Virus record (IMG/VR): IMGVR_UViG_3300047560_000604
Location: 32,001 to 96,000 of that record
Strand: one strand, 5' to 3'
Length of the DNA: 64,000 bases
DNA from: a virus
Shown here: piece by piece, positions 63,937 through 64,000 of the stretch
Position numbering within the stretch: the stretch's first letter is position 1
Layout of the letters: each line of letters opens with the position of its first letter
The notes under the pieces: generated by a model
The model's database searches: none
Told to the model about the DNA's origin: nothing
What the model saw: only the letters and a program-made list of their open reading frames with translations
Translations under genes and position numbers: made by a program

Positions 63937-64000
63937 TTATGAGTACAGTTTAAGTACATGCTCAATGATTCTATGTCTTTGAACATCTTTTAGTTCAAAA
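63937..64000 (-). CDS. phoH: 3' end of a PhoH-family protein (partial)
   Basis: Minus-strand translation FELKDVQRHRIIEHVLKLYS* matches the PhoH C-terminal D(V/I)xRH…Y pattern; only 20 aa visible. Confidence 0.55.
   Translation of the reverse strand, partial: FELKDVQRHRIIEHVLKLYS

Noticed and set aside
1-64000. Stop-codon reassignment (alternative genetic code)
   Set aside because: Conserved genes translate full-length under the standard code, and TAA, TGA and TAG all terminate ORFs.

Overview
A 64-kb, densely coding, AT-rich segment of a large T4-like (jumbo) myophage genome, mostly on the + strand and read with the standard genetic code. It holds a T4-type replication and recombination set (gp32 SSB, UvsX, UvsY, UvsW, gp61 primase, gp41 helicase, gp44 and probable gp62 clamp loader). 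It also holds neck, tail and baseplate genes (gp13, gp14, gp15, gp18, gp19, gp54-like, gp4, long fibre proteins), a GH19 endolysin, GroES, nucleotide-metabolism genes (dNMP kinase, MazG, NUDIX, a PhoH end) and free-standing endonucleases (HNH, EndoVII, GIY-YIG). Sigma70-type early promoters and an ATAAATA T4-late-type promoter motif are recognisable. No tRNA, CRISPR array, integrase or reverse transcriptase was seen. Five unusual elements stand out. (1) A 7.2-kb translationally coupled array (12967-20200) of 27 small ORFs, about 17-21 of them divergent paralogues ending in F-x-L-[RK]-W. (2) One array member carries a stand-alone copy of the major-capsid segment that corresponds to the T4 Gol peptide. 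(3) A second cassette-like family ending in FGVEE shares an exact 15-nt stop/start junction at six sites in two loci 33 kb apart. (4) A miniature, intein-less C-family (DnaE) polymerase core is split into two genes 39 kb apart. (5) A ~530-nt ORF-free, heavily base-paired candidate ncRNA lies upstream of the neck gene. All family assignments come from motif recognition by eye; no database searches were run.
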